DNA of 18,615 bases, taken from assembly GCA_046050355.1 (NCBI GenBank), contig JBJOPW010000017.1, positions 1 to 18,615 on the forward strand, read 5' to 3'. Position 1 is the stretch's first letter. Each line of letters starts with the position of its first letter. The notes beneath the pieces are model-generated. The model made no database searches and was not told the DNA's origin. It saw nothing but the letters and a program-made list of their open reading frames with translations. The position numbers and the translations under genes were made by a program. Of the stretch, positions 17,796 to 18,615 are shown piece by piece. This DNA comes from Candidatus Parcubacteria bacterium (lineage in GTDB: Bacteria; Patescibacteriota; Minisyncoccia; Phycocordibacterales; UBA918).

Positions 17796-17985
17796 GGCTA
17801 AAAAAGTATTTCGTGCACTTGAGTCTATTGGCTGGACTGTAATACGTCAGCGTGGCTCCCATCGTATACTTGGTCGAGAAGGGTACCCTGATTTTACATT
17901 TGCATTTCACGATGGAGAAGAAATCGGACCAAAGATGCTGGCAAAAATTGCAAAATACACCGGATTAACACCTAATGATTTATGA
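17773..17985 (+). CDS. hicA: HicA-family mRNA interferase toxin (70 aa)
   Basis: MGQWPAAKAKKVFRALESIGW..RQRGSHRIL...FAFHDGEEIGPKML. It overlaps hicB by 23 nt. Confidence 0.92.
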   Translation: MGQWPAAKAKKVFRALESIGWTVIRQRGSHRILGREGYPDFTFAFHDGEEIGPKMLAKIAKYTGLTPNDL

Positions 17986-17988
17986 AAA

Positions 17989-18105
17989 ATGTTAAACGAT
18001 TTTTTTAGACACGCAATTATTTCAGTGGTGGCGTTTATTCCCGCAATGTTACTGCCACACCCTGGCTGGAACGAGGAAGAGAAAGATAAAAATTTGAAAA
18101 AGTAG
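17989..18105 (+). CDS. Putative 38-aa small membrane peptide
   Basis: MLNDFFRHAIISVVAFIPAMLLPHPGWNEEEKDKNLKK. It starts 3 nt after the hicA stop and ends 1 nt before the atpC ATG. Confidence 0.5.
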   Translation: MLNDFFRHAIISVVAFIPAMLLPHPGWNEEEKDKNLKK

Positions 18106-18106
18106 T

Positions 18107-18355
18107 ATGGCAACCAAATTCCTAAAACTAACTATAGCTCGAGTCGACGGACCAGTCTTTGACGGGGAAGTGGTTTCAGTAACGCTTCCAGGGACTGAAG
18201 GCGAGATGACCATCATGGCCGACCACGAACCCCTCGTGTCAGCCCTCAAGGCCGGTTCTGTCACCGTCCGCCCAGCCACTGGCGAGACTACCTCGTACGA
18301 GCTACAGAACGGCACTGTCGAAGTCCGCAATAACCACGCTACTGTCCTTATCTAA
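18107..18355 (+). CDS. atpC: F0F1 ATP synthase subunit epsilon (beta-sandwich domain only, 82 aa)
   Basis: FDGEV.SVTLPGTEGEMTIMADHEPLVSALKAG. It ends right after the N-terminal domain. Confidence 0.95.
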   Translation: MATKFLKLTIARVDGPVFDGEVVSVTLPGTEGEMTIMADHEPLVSALKAGSVTVRPATGETTSYELQNGTVEVRNNHATVLI

Positions 18356-18369
18356 AGATGCGGACAAAC

Positions 18370-18413
18370 AAAAAACAAAACCTTTCGAGTCGACTCGTAA
18401 GGTTTTGTTTTTT
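18370..18413 (+). terminator. 44-bp palindrome, likely atp operon terminator
   Basis: AAAAAACAAAACCTT-t-CGAGTC|GACTCG-t-AAGGTTTTGTTTTTT with one T/T mismatch and T-tracts both ways. Confidence 0.75.
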
Positions 18414-18442
18414 ATTCGAGATCTTGCCTCGTGGTTTTTGAA

Positions 18443-18476
18443 TGTCCAATACTTCATTTAAATGAAGTATTGGACA
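18443..18476. repeat. 34-bp perfect palindrome, copy 2 of the element at 906..943
   Basis: TGTCCAATACTTCATTT|AAATGAAGTATTGGACA. Confidence 0.95.
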
Positions 18477-18520
18477 GAGATTTTTTTGTATAAGGCCTCA
18501 ATTTGGGCGGGTGATTTCCC

Positions 18521-18549
18521 TCGTCTTCAGACGATAACTTCAGTATAAT
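18521..18549 (+). mobile_element. Putative IS200 left-end hairpin and tnpA -10 box
   Basis: TCGTCT-tc-AGACGA (18521-18534), ACTTCAGT (18537-18544, also present at 78-85) and TATAAT (18544-18549). Confidence 0.55.
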
Positions 18550-18556
18550 TCTCGTA

Positions 18557-18615
18557 ATGACCGAAGAATATCGCCGAGCATCACACACGATGTTCTCTAT
18601 TAATTTGCATATTTG
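18557..18615 (+). mobile_element. tnpA: 5' end of IS200/IS605-family transposase (partial, cut by window edge)
   Basis: MTEEYRRASHTMFSINLHI matches the TnpA N-terminal pattern YR..SHT...[L/I].[Y/L]H[I/L]. Confidence 0.75.

Overview
Bacterial chromosomal segment, probably from Patescibacteria/CPR (Parcubacteria-like). This is an inference from the near absence of Shine-Dalgarno sites, the short delta and epsilon ATPase subunits and an RnfD-FNR fusion. TGA is used as a stop. The window starts in the 3' end of an IS200-type tnpA and ends in the 5' end of another. The left half carries a DEAD-box helicase, two alkylation-repair genes (AlkC-like, ATL), an HD protein, a secreted lysozyme/SLT-like protein, an ApbE + FMN-binding protein + RnfD/NqrB-FNR fusion flavinylation module, pgi and a DUF2061-like gene. 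The right half is a complete H+-type F1Fo operon (atpBEFHAGDC) in which 5 of 7 junctions hold inserted material: inverted-repeat elements, an antisense mini-gene with its own promoter and terminator, an orphan ORF, and hicBA plus a 38-aa ORF. Intergenic DNA is unusually rich in long palindromes. These include an identical 30-bp palindrome near both ends, REPIN-like doublets, and two CCCGTTAGAA...TTCTAACGGG elements with unrelated interiors. Many genes look leaderless, with a -10 box 6-8 nt before the ATG. All calls were made by eye and no searches were run.
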